A stretch of 64,000 nt of DNA from Pirellulales bacterium (GCA_963733035.1 CAVTBU010000005.1:832001-896000); one strand, 5' to 3'; positions 1 through 13,743 are shown, counted from the first letter of the stretch. Notes: generated by a model not told the origin, from the sequence alone. Numbers and translations are program-made.

Positions 1-93
1 GTCTCGGCGAGAGGCGATGACCCGGTTGAGTTGCTGCTCGGCGACGAAAGTTTCGTGGCAGGGACATGGGTGGCAGGGGAGCGACTTGCTTAG
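1..93 (+). CDS. 3' end of a CDS truncated by the window edge, possibly amidohydrolase family
   Basis: Frame 1 reads VSARGDDPVELLLGDESFVAGTWVAGERLA*. The V-x-x-T-W-V-A-G ending resembles amidohydrolase C-termini. Confidence 0.45.
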   Translation, partial: VSARGDDPVELLLGDESFVAGTWVAGERLA

Positions 94-127
94 TCAGTGA
101 TCACCGCGGAAGCGAATTGCGCAGCGC

Positions 128-172
128 AAAAAAAGAACCCGCCGCGGGCTTGGCTAATCCCGGGCGGGTTCT
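128..172 (-). terminator. Intrinsic terminator downstream of the 16S rRNA gene
   Basis: Minus strand AAGAACCCGCC...GGCGGGTTC followed by an 8-T run. Confidence 0.8.
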
Positions 173-309
173 TACTTATTCAATTCAGTAGCTTGCTCGG
201 TCAAATATCACTCGAAAGTGAAACTTGCTGAGCTGACCTCTGTCCAACACAAGAGCTGTCTCCACAATTCTTAACTGCTGGATGTCGCCATCCAGGCAGC
301 AGGAATCCT

Positions 310-1836
<1,527 letters not shown>

Positions 1837-1997
1837 TTTGTAAGCTTGCCGCTCGCCGACCGAAGCCGACTCACGGGTTAATAGCCATCAAAACTTCTGA
1901 GTTTGGTTTGCCAGGTTATCGCACCCTTCGTGAAAAGAATGCGACCCCAGCTAAGCACAGTCTTGTGCTGGCAAAAAAATTCAGAGGTCACTACCGA

Positions 1998-2010
1998 ATT
2001 GTCAAAGATC
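1998..2010 (-). promoter_or_regulatory. rrn leader boxA antitermination-like site
   Basis: Minus strand GATCTTTGACAAT between the promoter and 16S. The adjacent leader (1982-1990) is complementary to the trailer at 234-242 (processing stem). Confidence 0.65.
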
Positions 2011-2071
2011 GAATAAAAATCCCCGGCTGACATTCCTGTCGCAAAGGACAGTGCCTTCCAGGGAGCTCATC

Positions 2072-2099
2072 ATTCTAGAGGCTTATAGATTCCTGTCAA
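2072..2099 (-). promoter_or_regulatory. Sigma70 rRNA promoter (proximal)
   Basis: TTGACA-16 nt-TAGAAT. Confidence 0.8.
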
Positions 2100-2244
2100 C
2101 GGCCCGTGCCGAATTTTTCAGCGTGAAAAACTCGCGGCCGTTCGCAGAGGATCCCTCCAGAACGGGCGGCAAAGACTTTCGCTTGGCGTCAGCCTTGATT
2201 TCCGCCTCCATCTGAATACGTCACCCGTCTCAGATGGTTCACGC

Positions 2245-2272
2245 ATTCTGGTGAATTTCGGCCCCTTGTCAA
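2245..2272 (-). promoter_or_regulatory. Sigma70 rRNA promoter (distal, tandem)
   Basis: TTGACA-16 nt-CAGAAT. Confidence 0.65.
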
Positions 2273-2360
2273 GCGGTCGCACGTTGCATTCGCCCCGCCA
2301 CGCCACTTGGCAAACTTTTCCGCCGCGCCAATCCGCGCCGATCACCAACTCAACCCGGTT

Positions 2361-3320
2361 TCAATACGCAAAGTCCACGATCAGCGGCCGGTGGTCCGAA
2401 CCCACCGCCGGTCCCACCTGCCGATCCAAGATCGCAATTTGCTGCGAAACCAGACAATGGTCGATCGGAATTCGCAACGGCAACGGAAACCACGGCCAGG
2501 TCGGTTCCACGCCAAATCCGCGGCGGCTGTCGCGCAGGCCCGACACGTCCAACAGGTCCTGAAAAAACGGCGACCAGCCTGTTGTATTCAGATCGCCGAT
2601 CACCATCACCGGACCGCTGCGGGCGGCGGCCAACTCGGCCACTTCTCGCAGCTGCCTATTCCGCACTTCAAAATTTCGGGTTGAGCCGGGGCTTGCCGGG
2701 TGCGTTGCCAGCAGCGTCATTCGACCCTGTGGCATTTCGATTCCCGCCACCAGCGTCGGCAATCCCACCCCTGGCAAGCGTTTCACCTGAAGATCGGCAA
2801 TCGGATGGCGGCTGAACAATGCCACGCCATCGGGCCGATGGCTGGGTAGCACCTCGGAATAGGGATATTCCTTGTCGAGCCGCTTTAGCGCCTCGGCCCA
2901 AGCCGGCGTGACTTCCATCAGGAAGATCACGTCTGGATTGTCCCGCTGGATCAGATCGAGCGTCGGCCCGTAGTTGCGATTTAAGAAGTGCACGTTTAGC
3001 GACAAGATACGCAAATTCGCCTTGGCACTCGGCACCTCGTCGGGACCGAAATACAATGGCAGAATCACCGCCAGGTTGACGGCCGCGAGCAGCGCGGCGG
3101 AAGTCCCCCAGACCCATCGGCGCAAGAAAAGAAACAGGCCCGCCGCACCCGCCAGGGCCCAAAAATACTGCACGCGAAAGTGACATAGCAATTCGAATCG
3201 CCAGGACTGCCGACCATTGAAACCTGCCAGGGTTGCCGTACCGGCGGCCAGCAGCAGCATGACCGCCCCCAGAAACAGCGTCCGGCGGAACCAAATCCGG
3301 ACGGGTCGATGCTCCTCCAT
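2361..3320 (-). CDS. Membrane-anchored endonuclease/exonuclease/phosphatase family protein (YafD-like)
   Basis: N-terminal TM segments; LSLNV, PDVIFLME, GDLN, IDH and SDHRP motifs. Confidence 0.85.
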   Translation of the reverse strand: MEEHRPVRIWFRRTLFLGAVMLLLAAGTATLAGFNGRQSWRFELLCHFRVQYFWALAGAAGLFLFLRRWVWGTSAALLAAVNLAVILPLYFGPDEVPSAKANLRILSLNVHFLNRNYGPTLDLIQRDNPDVIFLMEVTPAWAEALKRLDKEYPYSEVLPSHRPDGVALFSRHPIADLQVKRLPGVGLPTLVAGIEMPQGRMTLLATHPASPGSTRNFEVRNRQLREVAELAAARSGPVMVIGDLNTTGWSPFFQDLLDVSGLRDSRRGFGVEPTWPWFPLPLRIPIDHCLVSQQIAILDRQVGPAVGSDHRPLIVDFAY

Positions 3321-3445
3321 GGGCGGGGCATTCTTGTTATGATGCGGCGCTTCGGTCGTCACGGTTTCTTTCGTGCCGGCCGAATTGCCGGCCTCCTGCT
3401 CGATTTTGGGCCGCCGTCGACCCAGTCGCTTCCCTCTTAGAACCC

Positions 3446-4792
3446 ATGTCGCACGACGCCACCCCAATGGTACCTTACGAGCGGCGGCGGGCGCTGGGCC
3501 TGGGCCATGTAAACGGAGGGCTTTGGGCGGCCGGAAACTCCCTTACGACCGGCTCGCTGGTTGTCTATTTGGCCCGCGACCTGGGTGCCCAGGGGCTCGG
3601 TCTGAGCCTCATCCTGGCCGCACCCAACCTGGCCGGACTCCTGCGGTTGGTTGCGCCGGCGATCATCTATTTCGCCGGTACGGCCCGACGCGCGTGTTTA
3701 CAACTGACGCTCGCCGCGTATTTGCTCATCGTCGGACTACCACTGGTCGCCGCGGCAGCTCCGGTCCTGAGCCGCCCGATCGCCGTGGGAGCAATGATCG
3801 GCCTGCTGTTCGTCCATCAGCTTCTTGAGTATCTGGGGACTGTGGCACTGTGGGCCTGGTGGGGCGATTTGGTTCCTGAGAGGATTCGGGGGCGATACTT
3901 TGCCCGACGGCAGCGGATCCAGCTCGCCGTAACGATTCCAACACTCCTTGCCGGCGGTTATTTTGCCGACCATTGGCGCGAGCAGTTTCGCGATCAGCCC
4001 GAACAACTGTTGTTGGCCTACGCCATTCCGACCGGTTTAGGCGCGCTATTTCTGCTGGCTTCGGTGATTCCGCTCTACCTGATGCCGCCGACACGCGCGT
4101 ATCCGAGGCCAAAAGCGCCCTTGATGGCACGAACGATTTGGTCGCCTTTTGCTGATCGGCGGTTCTGGAACTTGCTCATTTTTCGTGGCTGGTTCTCACT
4201 TGCCAATGGCATCTCGCAGGTCGTCCAGAATCTATTCTTTCCGAGGTATATCCTGGGATTTGGGATCGCGCCTATGTCGGCCCTGCGGGTCGTGACACAA
4301 GTCGGCCAATTTGGTGCGGCCCGAACTGCCGGCAAGTGGAGCGACCATTTCGGCAACCGTCCGGTACTCATCGGGGCGCAGGTTTGCGTTTCATTAGCGC
4401 TCGTGTTTTACATCGTCGCCCGGCCGGATACACGCTGGCTATTGGCGGGCGCCTGGGTGCTGTTCTCCGCCTACATCGTCCACAACATTTGTCTGCCAAA
4501 CCTGGTGCTCAAGCTTTCGCCGGAATTGGAGCGCCCTGCCTATGTCGCGGCCAATGAAGCGGTCGGCAGCGTGCTGCATTCGGTCTCGACTGTCGGCGGC
4601 GGTCTGCTCTACGATTACTTGCAGGCCATGACGCCCGATTCCGCCGCCGAACCGCTACGGAGCTGCTTGATCATCCTGACCATCGGGTTGCTGATGCGGT
4701 CGTGCGGCGTGCTGCTGTTGGCCAGGATCCGGGAACCGGGGGCTTGGACGTGGCGAGAGATTCTCGCCAGCCGGCGGCAACGACCGCAATAA
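3446..4792 (+). CDS. MFS transporter
   Basis: About 12 hydrophobic segments; GKWSDHFGNRP motif-A-like loop; LVPERIRGRYF. Confidence 0.8.
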   Translation: MSHDATPMVPYERRRALGLGHVNGGLWAAGNSLTTGSLVVYLARDLGAQGLGLSLILAAPNLAGLLRLVAPAIIYFAGTARRACLQLTLAAYLLIVGLPLVAAAAPVLSRPIAVGAMIGLLFVHQLLEYLGTVALWAWWGDLVPERIRGRYFARRQRIQLAVTIPTLLAGGYFADHWREQFRDQPEQLLLAYAIPTGLGALFLLASVIPLYLMPPTRAYPRPKAPLMARTIWSPFADRRFWNLLIFRGWFSLANGISQVVQNLFFPRYILGFGIAPMSALRVVTQVGQFGAARTAGKWSDHFGNRPVLIGAQVCVSLALVFYIVARPDTRWLLAGAWVLFSAYIVHNICLPNLVLKLSPELERPAYVAANEAVGSVLHSVSTVGGGLLYDYLQAMTPDSAAEPLRSCLIILTIGLLMRSCGVLLLARIREPGAWTWREILASRRQRPQ

Positions 4793-4829
4793 ACGGTCAC
4801 CGTGGAAGGCCCCTCCCGTTGTTGCCAGT

Positions 4830-5978
4830 CTAGATATTCGTCCAGCCGGACTGAGGCGTGTTGAACACCTGCGGCGTTACGCTGCCTTGCAGTTGTGCAA
4901 CGTCTGTTTCGGCAGCGGAAACACCCTTTGTATCGGTGAGGAATTCCAGTTCCGTCTCGAACCTCGCCGTGGCGCCAGGGGCCAGTTCCACGAATCGTCT
5001 TTGTTCGCCTTCGAACGAGCGGGGATTAGGGAAGTTCGTCCCCGGTTCGAGTCCGGTCACGTAGCCATCGGCCTCGTGCGCGGTATTCTTCCAGAGCGTG
5101 AAACAAGGGAACTGCTTCGTGCTGTATCTCAGACTCACACCGGCAGTGCCGTGGGCATTTTTCAACAGCACATGCGTCCTGCCGGCCGTGTCACATGCGA
5201 GCTCGAAGAAATAGACCTGCTCTGTGAAGCCGGCCTGCGGTGCCGCGTAATTCTGCCAACTGGCAATTCCTTCCGCCGCCCGTGGATCTCGGGGCACGAT
5301 GGCTTTGACCGGGGCGACAATGCAAGCGCCTGCGTCGAGCACGGGAGGACCGAAATTGATGTGATAGAGGAGTTGCAATTCCGCCGAATTCCCGGATAGG
5401 TTCGTCACCTCGTCGACCACCGACAGTCCATTCTGGCCGACCGTCGTCGTATAGGTCGACTTGAGGCGAAGTTGGTGAAACAAGAATCGCGTTTCATCGA
5501 CCAGGCCGCTGACGCTCAATTCACCGGTGCCGTCGTCGGCCGAAACCTCGACGTGATGCGCCGGCAGGTTTGCAATTCGGCCATGGAGCGGGTAGCGCAA
5601 CCTGCCGCTGGAGTCAAAATCAGGCGCTCCATTGTTAATCAGCCCGCAACGGCAGAGCAATTCATCGAAGCCTTCGAGCCAGCCCAGGCCGCTGGGCTCG
5701 CTGAGCGGTACAAACTGCGGATGGACGGGGCCTTTGACCGGCGAATTCCAACCGTACTGAAACTTCCCAATCCGCGCTTTCCACAGCCCCATGCCGCGGG
5801 TCGGAACTACGCTAAACCGCAAGTGCCCGTTGTCAACTTCAATCACGTCCACACCCTCGCGCTTGCCACCGCGGAGGGTCTGCCGCCGAACCGAGAAGTC
5901 GGTCCCTTTTGGGCTTTGAAACTCGGGCTCATGGATTCGCTGCTCGGAATCGGTGAGGACCCAAATGCTCTGCGCCAT
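4830..5978 (-). CDS. Aldose 1-epimerase-like protein (DUF4432)
   Basis: PTRGMG, LHGRIANLPA, LYHINFG and GLEPGTNFP motifs. Confidence 0.85.
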   Translation of the reverse strand: MAQSIWVLTDSEQRIHEPEFQSPKGTDFSVRRQTLRGGKREGVDVIEVDNGHLRFSVVPTRGMGLWKARIGKFQYGWNSPVKGPVHPQFVPLSEPSGLGWLEGFDELLCRCGLINNGAPDFDSSGRLRYPLHGRIANLPAHHVEVSADDGTGELSVSGLVDETRFLFHQLRLKSTYTTTVGQNGLSVVDEVTNLSGNSAELQLLYHINFGPPVLDAGACIVAPVKAIVPRDPRAAEGIASWQNYAAPQAGFTEQVYFFELACDTAGRTHVLLKNAHGTAGVSLRYSTKQFPCFTLWKNTAHEADGYVTGLEPGTNFPNPRSFEGEQRRFVELAPGATARFETELEFLTDTKGVSAAETDVAQLQGSVTPQVFNTPQSGWTNI

Positions 5979-6243
5979 GGTGCGATGCTCCGCTTGGGGA
6001 TTCGAGAGGATATTGACGGTCGCAAGCCGTGGATAAGCCGTGCAATGTACGAATTGCGGCCGGCATTTGCCAGGATGAGCCGTGACTTGTCAGTCGCTAC
6101 GCCAGCGAATAAAACAGGGGCTTCCGGCCGGTTGTGGGCCCGTGTAGAGCCCATCCTTCCGTCCACCTAAGTCCCCCGGCTCGTCATGTAGTTGTTTTGC
6201 CGGATCGCCAACCAATACGCTACTCCATTTCAAGAACCAAACC

Positions 6244-7492
6244 ATGGCTACCGCGACTCCCCTGAAACGTGATAACGTCAGTAAGGCACTTTCCGCGGCA
6301 CTCGATGCGGGCGCAGGACTCCTGCGGCTCACGCCAACCTGGGTACCGCGCAGCTTCCTGCATCCTGGCAAGCGGATCAAGTTGGCACCGGGCGATTGGT
6401 ATGCATTTGGGGCGCATCGCGGCGGTATCGACGAACGCTGGTTTGCCAGCACGACTGAGGCGGCCAACGAAAACCGTACGCCGGACGAAGGCCTAAGCTA
6501 CATCACGCACGGCGGCAAGCGGTTCACATTGGCCGATGCGGTGGCTGAGGACGGCGAGCGGCTCATCGGCAAGGCCATGTTCGACAAGTACGAACGGTGG
6601 CCGGTCTACTCGAAATTCTTCGACAACATGGGGCCCATCCCGCATCACATGCACCAGGGCTTCAAGCATGCAGCGCTGACCGGTCAGCAGGGCAAGCCCG
6701 AGAGCTACTACTTTCCGCCGCAATACAACAACGTCGACAACAACTTTGCGTACACGTTCATGGGCCTCGAGCCGGGCACAACCAAGGCCCAGCTTCGCAA
6801 ATGCCTGGAAGACTGGCACAAGGGAGACAACGGCATCCTCGATCTGTCGAAAGCCTATCGCCTGAAGCGGGGCACGGGCTGGCTGATCCCTCCGGGCGTG
6901 CTGCATGCCCCGGGCTCACTGTGCACTTACGAACCCCAGTGGGGCTCCGACGTGTTCGGCATGTTTCAGTCTCTGGTCGAGGGACGCGAAGTCCCCTGGT
7001 CGCTGCTGGTCAAAGACGTTCCCTCGGACAAGCACCAGGATCTCGACTTCATCATCGAACAGCTCGACTGGGAAAAGAACGTCGACACGCATTTCAAGGA
7101 GCATAATTACCTCGAGCCAATCGTTGACGCATCACGTAGTGGCAATGGTTGCACCGACCGCTGGATCGTCTACGGCACAATCGACGGCGAGCAACTCTTT
7201 ACGCGCCAAGGAACTGACGCTCGAGCCGGGCGCCAAGTGCACGCTCAAAGATCCCGGCGCCAGCGGCTGGATCACCGTGCAAGGCCGTGGCCGGATCGGG
7301 AAGCTGGCCCTGCAAACGCCCGCCATGATCCATTTCGGCGAAGAAACCGAGGACGAGGTGTTCATCACGCACGAGGCCGCCAATGCCGGCGTCGAAGTGG
7401 AAAACACCGGCAGCGAACCGCTGGTCAGCCTACGCTACTTTGGGCCCAACACGCACAAAGACCTGCCGGCCGTTGGGGACTATTTGAAGTAG
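6244..7492 (+). CDS. Cupin-fold, mannose-6-phosphate-isomerase-like protein; frameshift at about 7202
   Basis: PHHMH...GKPESYY...LHAPG metal-binding cupin motifs. Continues in another frame as AKELTLEPG...DYLK*. Confidence 0.7.
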
Positions 7493-7498
7493 GAGGGT

Positions 7499-7608
7499 AG
7501 TGATTGGTGATTAGTGGTTAGTGGTTGGTGTGCAGCAAACAGGCACCAATACGCCGCGGCACCATCACAACGAATCTCCTTCGCACTAACCACTAATCAC
7601 CAATCACT
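7499..7608. repeat. Perfect 25-bp inverted repeat of RGTGRTT heptamers enclosing 60 bp
   Basis: 7499-7523 AGTGATTGGTGATTAGTGGTTAGTG is the exact reverse complement of 7584-7608. Confidence 0.95.
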
Positions 7609-7609
7609 C

Positions 7610-8649
<1,040 letters not shown>

Positions 8650-8650
<1 letters not shown>

Positions 8651-9130
8651 GTGATTGGTGGTTGGTGGTTAGTCACACGATGAATTCAGGTGCTGGATAC
8701 GCATCGTGGACAGGAAACCCTCGGAACCGAAGATCCAATCTTTCCGCGACTTGGTCGTTTGGCAGCGTGCGATGGTACTGGCCGAGCGAGTTTACGCGGT
8801 AACACAGGATTTCCCGAAAGCAGAAACTTACGGACTCACCGCCCAGATGCGGCGAGCGGCCGTTTCGATTGCGAGCAACATCGCCGAAGGACAAGGCCGC
8901 AACGGCAGGAGGGAGTTGCTACAATTCCTGGGGCACGCGCGAGGACCTCTCGCAGAGCCGAACACTCAAATCATGTTGTCCGCCCGACTGGGCATGTGCT
9001 CCGTGGAAAGCGAACGGGAACTCACCAGTTTGGCCACCGAAGTGGGCCGACTACTCAACGCCCTGCGGACTTCACTGAAAAAACTCGACGACGACTCCCA
9101 CTAATCACTAACCACCAATCACCAATCACT
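8650..9130. mobile_element. Putative insertion cassette: four-helix-bundle gene flanked by 24-bp heptamer inverted repeats
   Basis: Left arm 8650-8673 AGTGATTGGTGGTTGGTGGTTAGT pairs with right arm 9107-9130 (23/24, the mismatch being a G-U pair). Mobility is inferred. Confidence 0.6.
8706..9104 (+). CDS. Four helix bundle protein (23S rRNA intervening-sequence protein family)
   Basis: [42 protein letters not shown] signature. Confidence 0.93.
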   Translation: MDRKPSEPKIQSFRDLVVWQRAMVLAERVYAVTQDFPKAETYGLTAQMRRAAVSIASNIAEGQGRNGRRELLQFLGHARGPLAEPNTQIMLSARLGMCSVESERELTSLATEVGRLLNALRTSLKKLDDDSH

Positions 9131-10288
9131 ATGTCCAAACCTCTCAATATCGGCATGATCGGCTACGGTTTCATGGGCCGGGCTCACTCCAACGCTTATC
9201 GGCAGGTGAGCCAGTTTTTCCAGCGCGAGTATCGGCCGGTGCTCAAGGCCTGTTGTGCTCGCAAGGAAGACAAGATCAAGGCATTTGCTCAAAACTGGGG
9301 CTACGAGTCCTATGAGACCGATTGGCGGAAGCTGATCGAACGGAAAGACATCGACGTAATCGACGTGGGATCGCCAAATAACACGCACAAGGAGATCGTG
9401 TTGACGGCCGCCAAGGCTGGCAAAATGATCCTCTGCGAGAAGCCGCTGGCCATGAACATCGCCGAGGCCGAGGAGATGTGTGAAGCGGTCGAGAAGGCTG
9501 GCGTGGCGAACATGGTGTGGTTTAACTACCGCCGCGTACCCGCCATCTCGCTGGCCAAACAGGTCGTCGACGAAGGCCGCATCGGCAAGCCATTCCACTA
9601 TCGGGCCACGTATTTGCAGGATTGGACGATTGCCAGCGACGTGCCGCAAGGCGGAGCGGCGCTGTGGCGCCTTGACGCGAGCGTGGCCGGCTCCGGCGTG
9701 ACCGGCGATCTGCTTGCCCACTCGATCGACACGGCCGAATGGCTAAACGGCCCAATCGCCCGCGTGACGGCTGCCACCGAAACGTTCGTTAAAGAACGTC
9801 AGCATGCCGAAACCGGCAAAATGCAGCCGGTTGGCATCGACGACGCCTGTATGTTCCTGGCGGTGTTCAAGAACGGATCGATGGGCACGTTCGAAAGCAC
9901 CCGCTACGCCCGCGGACGCAAGAACTACAACACGTTTGAGCTTAACGGTGAGGCGGGCAGCGTATTCTTCGATCTGGAAGACCCACAGTACCTGCAGTAT
10001 TTCAAGTACTCCGACCCCAAGACCGGCACGAAAATCGAGAGCCACCTGACCGGCTGGCAAAAGATCCACGTCACAAATCCCGAGCATCCCTACATGAGTC
10101 ACTGGTGGGTACCCGGCTGCACGATCGGCTACGAACACACCTTCATCAACGCCTTGGCCGACTTTCTGGAAAGCCTGGAAACCGGCAAGCCCGTTCAGCC
10201 CGACTTCCGTAGCGGGCTGCGGACGCAGAAGGTATGCGACGCGGTGCTGAATAGCGCCAAAAGTGGCGACTGGGTGGAGATCGCTTAA
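9131..10288 (+). CDS. Gfo/Idh/MocA family oxidoreductase
   Basis: IGYGFMG Rossmann motif, [20 protein letters not shown]. Confidence 0.93.
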   Translation: MSKPLNIGMIGYGFMGRAHSNAYRQVSQFFQREYRPVLKACCARKEDKIKAFAQNWGYESYETDWRKLIERKDIDVIDVGSPNNTHKEIVLTAAKAGKMILCEKPLAMNIAEAEEMCEAVEKAGVANMVWFNYRRVPAISLAKQVVDEGRIGKPFHYRATYLQDWTIASDVPQGGAALWRLDASVAGSGVTGDLLAHSIDTAEWLNGPIARVTAATETFVKERQHAETGKMQPVGIDDACMFLAVFKNGSMGTFESTRYARGRKNYNTFELNGEAGSVFFDLEDPQYLQYFKYSDPKTGTKIESHLTGWQKIHVTNPEHPYMSHWWVPGCTIGYEHTFINALADFLESLETGKPVQPDFRSGLRTQKVCDAVLNSAKSGDWVEIA

Positions 10289-10378
10289 TCACTTTTGTTC
10301 GGCCGACTTGAGCAATACGACGCGTCATCTGGTTTGAAAACGTACGTAGGCGCGCGATGTGGCACCGGAGCAATGCGA

Positions 10379-11023
10379 ATGAACTATTTCGCTCATGGGT
10401 GCCAATTCGTTCACGAGCCGTACTTTCTTGCCGGCACGGCGCTGCCGGATTGGCTGAACGTGGTCGACCGGCGGCTGCGGGTGCGTACCAAGCATGCGCT
10501 GCCCCACGTCGGCGTTTCCGACCGGGCCGTCTCCCAACTCGCGGCGGGCATCGTGCGGCATCATGCGGACGACGCGTGGTTTCATGGCACGCTGGCGTTT
10601 GCCGAATTGTCGCTCGAGCTGTGTCGAATGCTGCGTAGGGATCTGCCGGCCGACGACGGCTTTCGACCGCACTTTCTGGGACACATCCTGGTTGAAATCC
10701 TGTTGGATGCGGAACTGATTGCGGAGGATCCCGCTCGGCTGGAGACCTACTACGCCGCACTCGACAACCTCGACGTCCAGTTGGTTGCCATGGCGGTGGA
10801 GCGAATAGCTCCACGGCCGGCCGAGAATCTCGCCACATTCATTGGCCTGTTTTCCCGCGAGCGGTTCTTGTTCGACTATGCCGACGATGGCAAACTGTTG
10901 TTTCGCTTGAACCAGGTGATGCGCCGCGTGGGCCTACCGCTGTTACCGGCCCCCATGGCACAGACGTTGGGCGCGATGCGGCCCTTGGTACGCCACCGCC
11001 GCAAGGAATTACTTCCAAGTTAG
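10379..11023 (+). CDS. Hypothetical protein, ACP-phosphodiesterase-like His/Asp motifs
   Basis: MNYFAH...GTALPD...GIVRHHADDAWFH...HILVEILLD. Confidence 0.55.
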   Translation: MNYFAHGCQFVHEPYFLAGTALPDWLNVVDRRLRVRTKHALPHVGVSDRAVSQLAAGIVRHHADDAWFHGTLAFAELSLELCRMLRRDLPADDGFRPHFLGHILVEILLDAELIAEDPARLETYYAALDNLDVQLVAMAVERIAPRPAENLATFIGLFSRERFLFDYADDGKLLFRLNQVMRRVGLPLLPAPMAQTLGAMRPLVRHRRKELLPS

Positions 11024-11051
11024 CCACCAAAACGCTTCGGAGATTCCCCCG

Positions 11052-11891
11052 ATGAAATACGGCATGAACCTGTTGTTGTGGACCGGCGACGTGACGGATG
11101 AGCATTTGCCGGTGCTCGAGAGTTTGAAAAAGATGGGTTTCGACGGTGTGGAGATTCCGATGTTCGCCCCAGATGCAGACAAGTTTGCCAGGCTCGGCAA
11201 GCGGCTCGACGCGTTGGGGCTAGCGCGAAGTGCCGTGACGGTTCGCAACGCGGCCGACAATCCGATCAGTCCGGACGCCCAGATCCGCGCCGCCGGCGTG
11301 GAGGCCAATAAGCGGATTCTTGATAGCTGCCAGGCCCTTGGCGCGCACACACTAGTCGGGCCATACCACTCGGCCATCGGCGAATTCACGGGGGTCGGCC
11401 GCACCGAGAACGAATGGAAGTGGGGAATCGACAGCATGCGACAGGTGGCCGAGCATGCGGCGAAGTGCGGGGTGACGCTGGGCGTGGAGTACCTCAATCG
11501 TTTCGAATGCTACTTCCTCAACACGGCCGCCGACGCGGTCCGATTTGTCGAGGCAGTCGGGCACCCCAACTGCAAGACGATGTACGACACGTTCCATGCC
11601 AACATCGAGGAAAAGAACCCAATCCAGGCCATCCGTACGGCGGCCCCACATACGGCCCTGATTCACATCTCGGAAAACGACCGCAGCACGCCAGGCCAGG
11701 GCAACATTCCGTGGGCCGAGACGTTCCAGATGATCAAGGAAACTGGCTATGACGGCTGGCTAGTAATCGAAGCCTTCGGCCTGGCGCTCCCCGAACTGGC
11801 GGCAGCCACCAAGATCTGGCGTAAGATGTACGACAGCGAGGAGCAGCTCGCCCGCGAGGGCCTGGCGTTCATGAAGCAGCACACGAGCTAG
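11052..11891 (+). CDS. D-psicose/D-tagatose 3-epimerase family protein
   Basis: EYLNRFE, DTFHANIEE, HISENDRSTPG and VIEAF motifs. Confidence 0.9.
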   Translation: MKYGMNLLLWTGDVTDEHLPVLESLKKMGFDGVEIPMFAPDADKFARLGKRLDALGLARSAVTVRNAADNPISPDAQIRAAGVEANKRILDSCQALGAHTLVGPYHSAIGEFTGVGRTENEWKWGIDSMRQVAEHAAKCGVTLGVEYLNRFECYFLNTAADAVRFVEAVGHPNCKTMYDTFHANIEEKNPIQAIRTAAPHTALIHISENDRSTPGQGNIPWAETFQMIKETGYDGWLVIEAFGLALPELAAATKIWRKMYDSEEQLAREGLAFMKQHTS

Positions 11892-11973
11892 CTGCCGGGT
11901 CGGAATTCAGATAGATTTGCGCCTCGTATGAGTCCGCTTGCCGTCGAGGGAACCGGACGCCTATAGTGCGCGT

Positions 11974-12744
11974 ATGGCACGCTCGCAAAAAGCAAGCGGC
12001 GAACGCAGCGAATCAGCCGGAGGGCCGCCCGCGCTTGCCGCACAATCTGAAACGTCCGGACTGGCGCTCGATCAGCTGAGTGCGGCCCTGGCCGGCATGC
12101 TGGATAGTGGTGCCGATCCGTATACGCCCGCGTCTGACTTGCAATTGCAGACCGAGGCCAACTCCGCAATATCCGACAGCAGCCCGGCCAACGACGCCTG
12201 CGAGATTACACCGCGCAGCATCTTGGAAGCCATGCTGTTTGTCGGCAGCCCGGCCAACGAACCGTTATCGAACCGTCAGGTCGCGGCCCTGATGCGCGGC
12301 GTACGGCCGATGGAGATTGACGGCTTGGTGAGTGAATTGAACGCCGACTATGAGCGGCGGAATTGTCCGTACACGATCGTTGAGGAAATCGGTGGCTATC
12401 GGCTGAAGTTGCGCCCGGAGTACGATCGACTGCGTGACAAATTCTTTGGCCGCACGCGCCAGGCCCGTCTTTCACAAGCCGCAATTGAAGTCCTGGCGGC
12501 GGTAGCCTACCACGAACCGGTGACCGCCGACGAAGTCACCAAGCTCCGAGGGACGGCCAGCGGTCATGTCTTGTCCCAACTCGTTCGACGACAACTGCTG
12601 CGGCTTGAGCGAACCGAAGCGAAACCAAGACGGCATGTGTACTGGACAACCGAGCGATTTCTCGAACTGTTCGGACTATCAACGCTCGCCGATCTGCCCC
12701 GGAGCAGTGACCTGGAGCCGCCCGCCGGAGCCACGGGGAAATAG
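11974..12744 (+). CDS. scpB: SMC-Scp complex subunit ScpB
   Basis: ILEAMLFVG, LSQAAIEVLAAVAYHEPVT, YWTTERFLELFGL..LADLP. Confidence 0.88.
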   Translation: MARSQKASGERSESAGGPPALAAQSETSGLALDQLSAALAGMLDSGADPYTPASDLQLQTEANSAISDSSPANDACEITPRSILEAMLFVGSPANEPLSNRQVAALMRGVRPMEIDGLVSELNADYERRNCPYTIVEEIGGYRLKLRPEYDRLRDKFFGRTRQARLSQAAIEVLAAVAYHEPVTADEVTKLRGTASGHVLSQLVRRQLLRLERTEAKPRRHVYWTTERFLELFGLSTLADLPRSSDLEPPAGATGK

Positions 12745-12983
12745 ATAATCTGTTTGCTAATAATCACTTACACTCTCTTTGCGAGAACCTGCGCAGGCGC
12801 GCCCAAGGGGATTGCTAGAATAATGCACTGGTTTGACGGATGCTGATTCGCAGGACCCATCGCGGCGCCCCGTGGGCGTCTGCCGGATTCGCCAGCCAAC
12901 GCGAGGCGGTTTAGGTGTTTCGCGAAAATGGAATCTCGTACGCTGGCGGTGCTTAACAGGTTTATTCTATTGCGTCCCCACTC

Positions 12984-13700
12984 GTGGTAGACACGCCCTC
13001 CTCTTCCCGCCGTCGGCGCTATGCGGAAATGCGCGCTCGGGCTCCCGTCGTCGTGCCGTCACTGTTGCTGTGCGATTTTGGACATCTTGCCGATGAAGTC
13101 CGGCGTCTTGAAGACGACGGGGCGCAGGCCCTGCATCTTGACGTGATGGATGGCCATTTTGTGCCCAACATGTCATACGGTTTGCCGATCGTCTCGGCGG
13201 TTCGCAAAGTGACTCAGTTACCCATTGAAACGCACCTGATGATCTCCAATCCGGCCGACTATATCGAGCGATTTCATACGGCTGGCGCTAATGCGGTCAC
13301 GTTCCATTTCGAGGCCGTCGACAACCCGCGCCCTCTGTTGGATAAGCTGCGATCGCTCGATGCCGAAGCCGGTTTGGCGATCAACCCGGAAACGCCCGTG
13401 GAGGCGATCCGCCCCTATCTCGACGTTCTCGACGTGGTGCTCGTCATGAGCGTTTCACCAGGCTTCGGTGGCCAGGCCTTTGAAACCGTCGCACTGGATA
13501 AATTGAGACAGCTTCGTGAATCAGTTGATTCTCATGTGATTCTAGAAGTCGACGGCGGAGTGAACGTCAAGACAATCGCCTCGTGCGCCGAGGCGGGCGC
13601 TCATTCATTCATAGTCGGCTCGGGAATCTTCAAACAGCCCGACTACGCCGCTGCCATGGCCACATTGACCGGCCTGGCGCAAGCCGCTGAAACGCACTGA
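12984..13700 (+). CDS. rpe: Ribulose-phosphate 3-epimerase
   Basis: HLDVMDGHFVPN, HLMI, MSVSPGFGGQ, EVDGG; start may be ATG 13029. Confidence 0.95.
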   Translation: MVDTPSSSRRRRYAEMRARAPVVVPSLLLCDFGHLADEVRRLEDDGAQALHLDVMDGHFVPNMSYGLPIVSAVRKVTQLPIETHLMISNPADYIERFHTAGANAVTFHFEAVDNPRPLLDKLRSLDAEAGLAINPETPVEAIRPYLDVLDVVLVMSVSPGFGGQAFETVALDKLRQLRESVDSHVILEVDGGVNVKTIASCAEAGAHSFIVGSGIFKQPDYAAAMATLTGLAQAAETH

Positions 13701-13743
13701 CACTCGCATAGCCAATTGAATTTACCAAGGACGCAATAAGAAA

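Noticed and set aside
8706..9104. Diversity-generating retroelement (Avd-like gene)
   Set aside because: No reverse transcriptase and no template/variable repeat pair is seen in the window.
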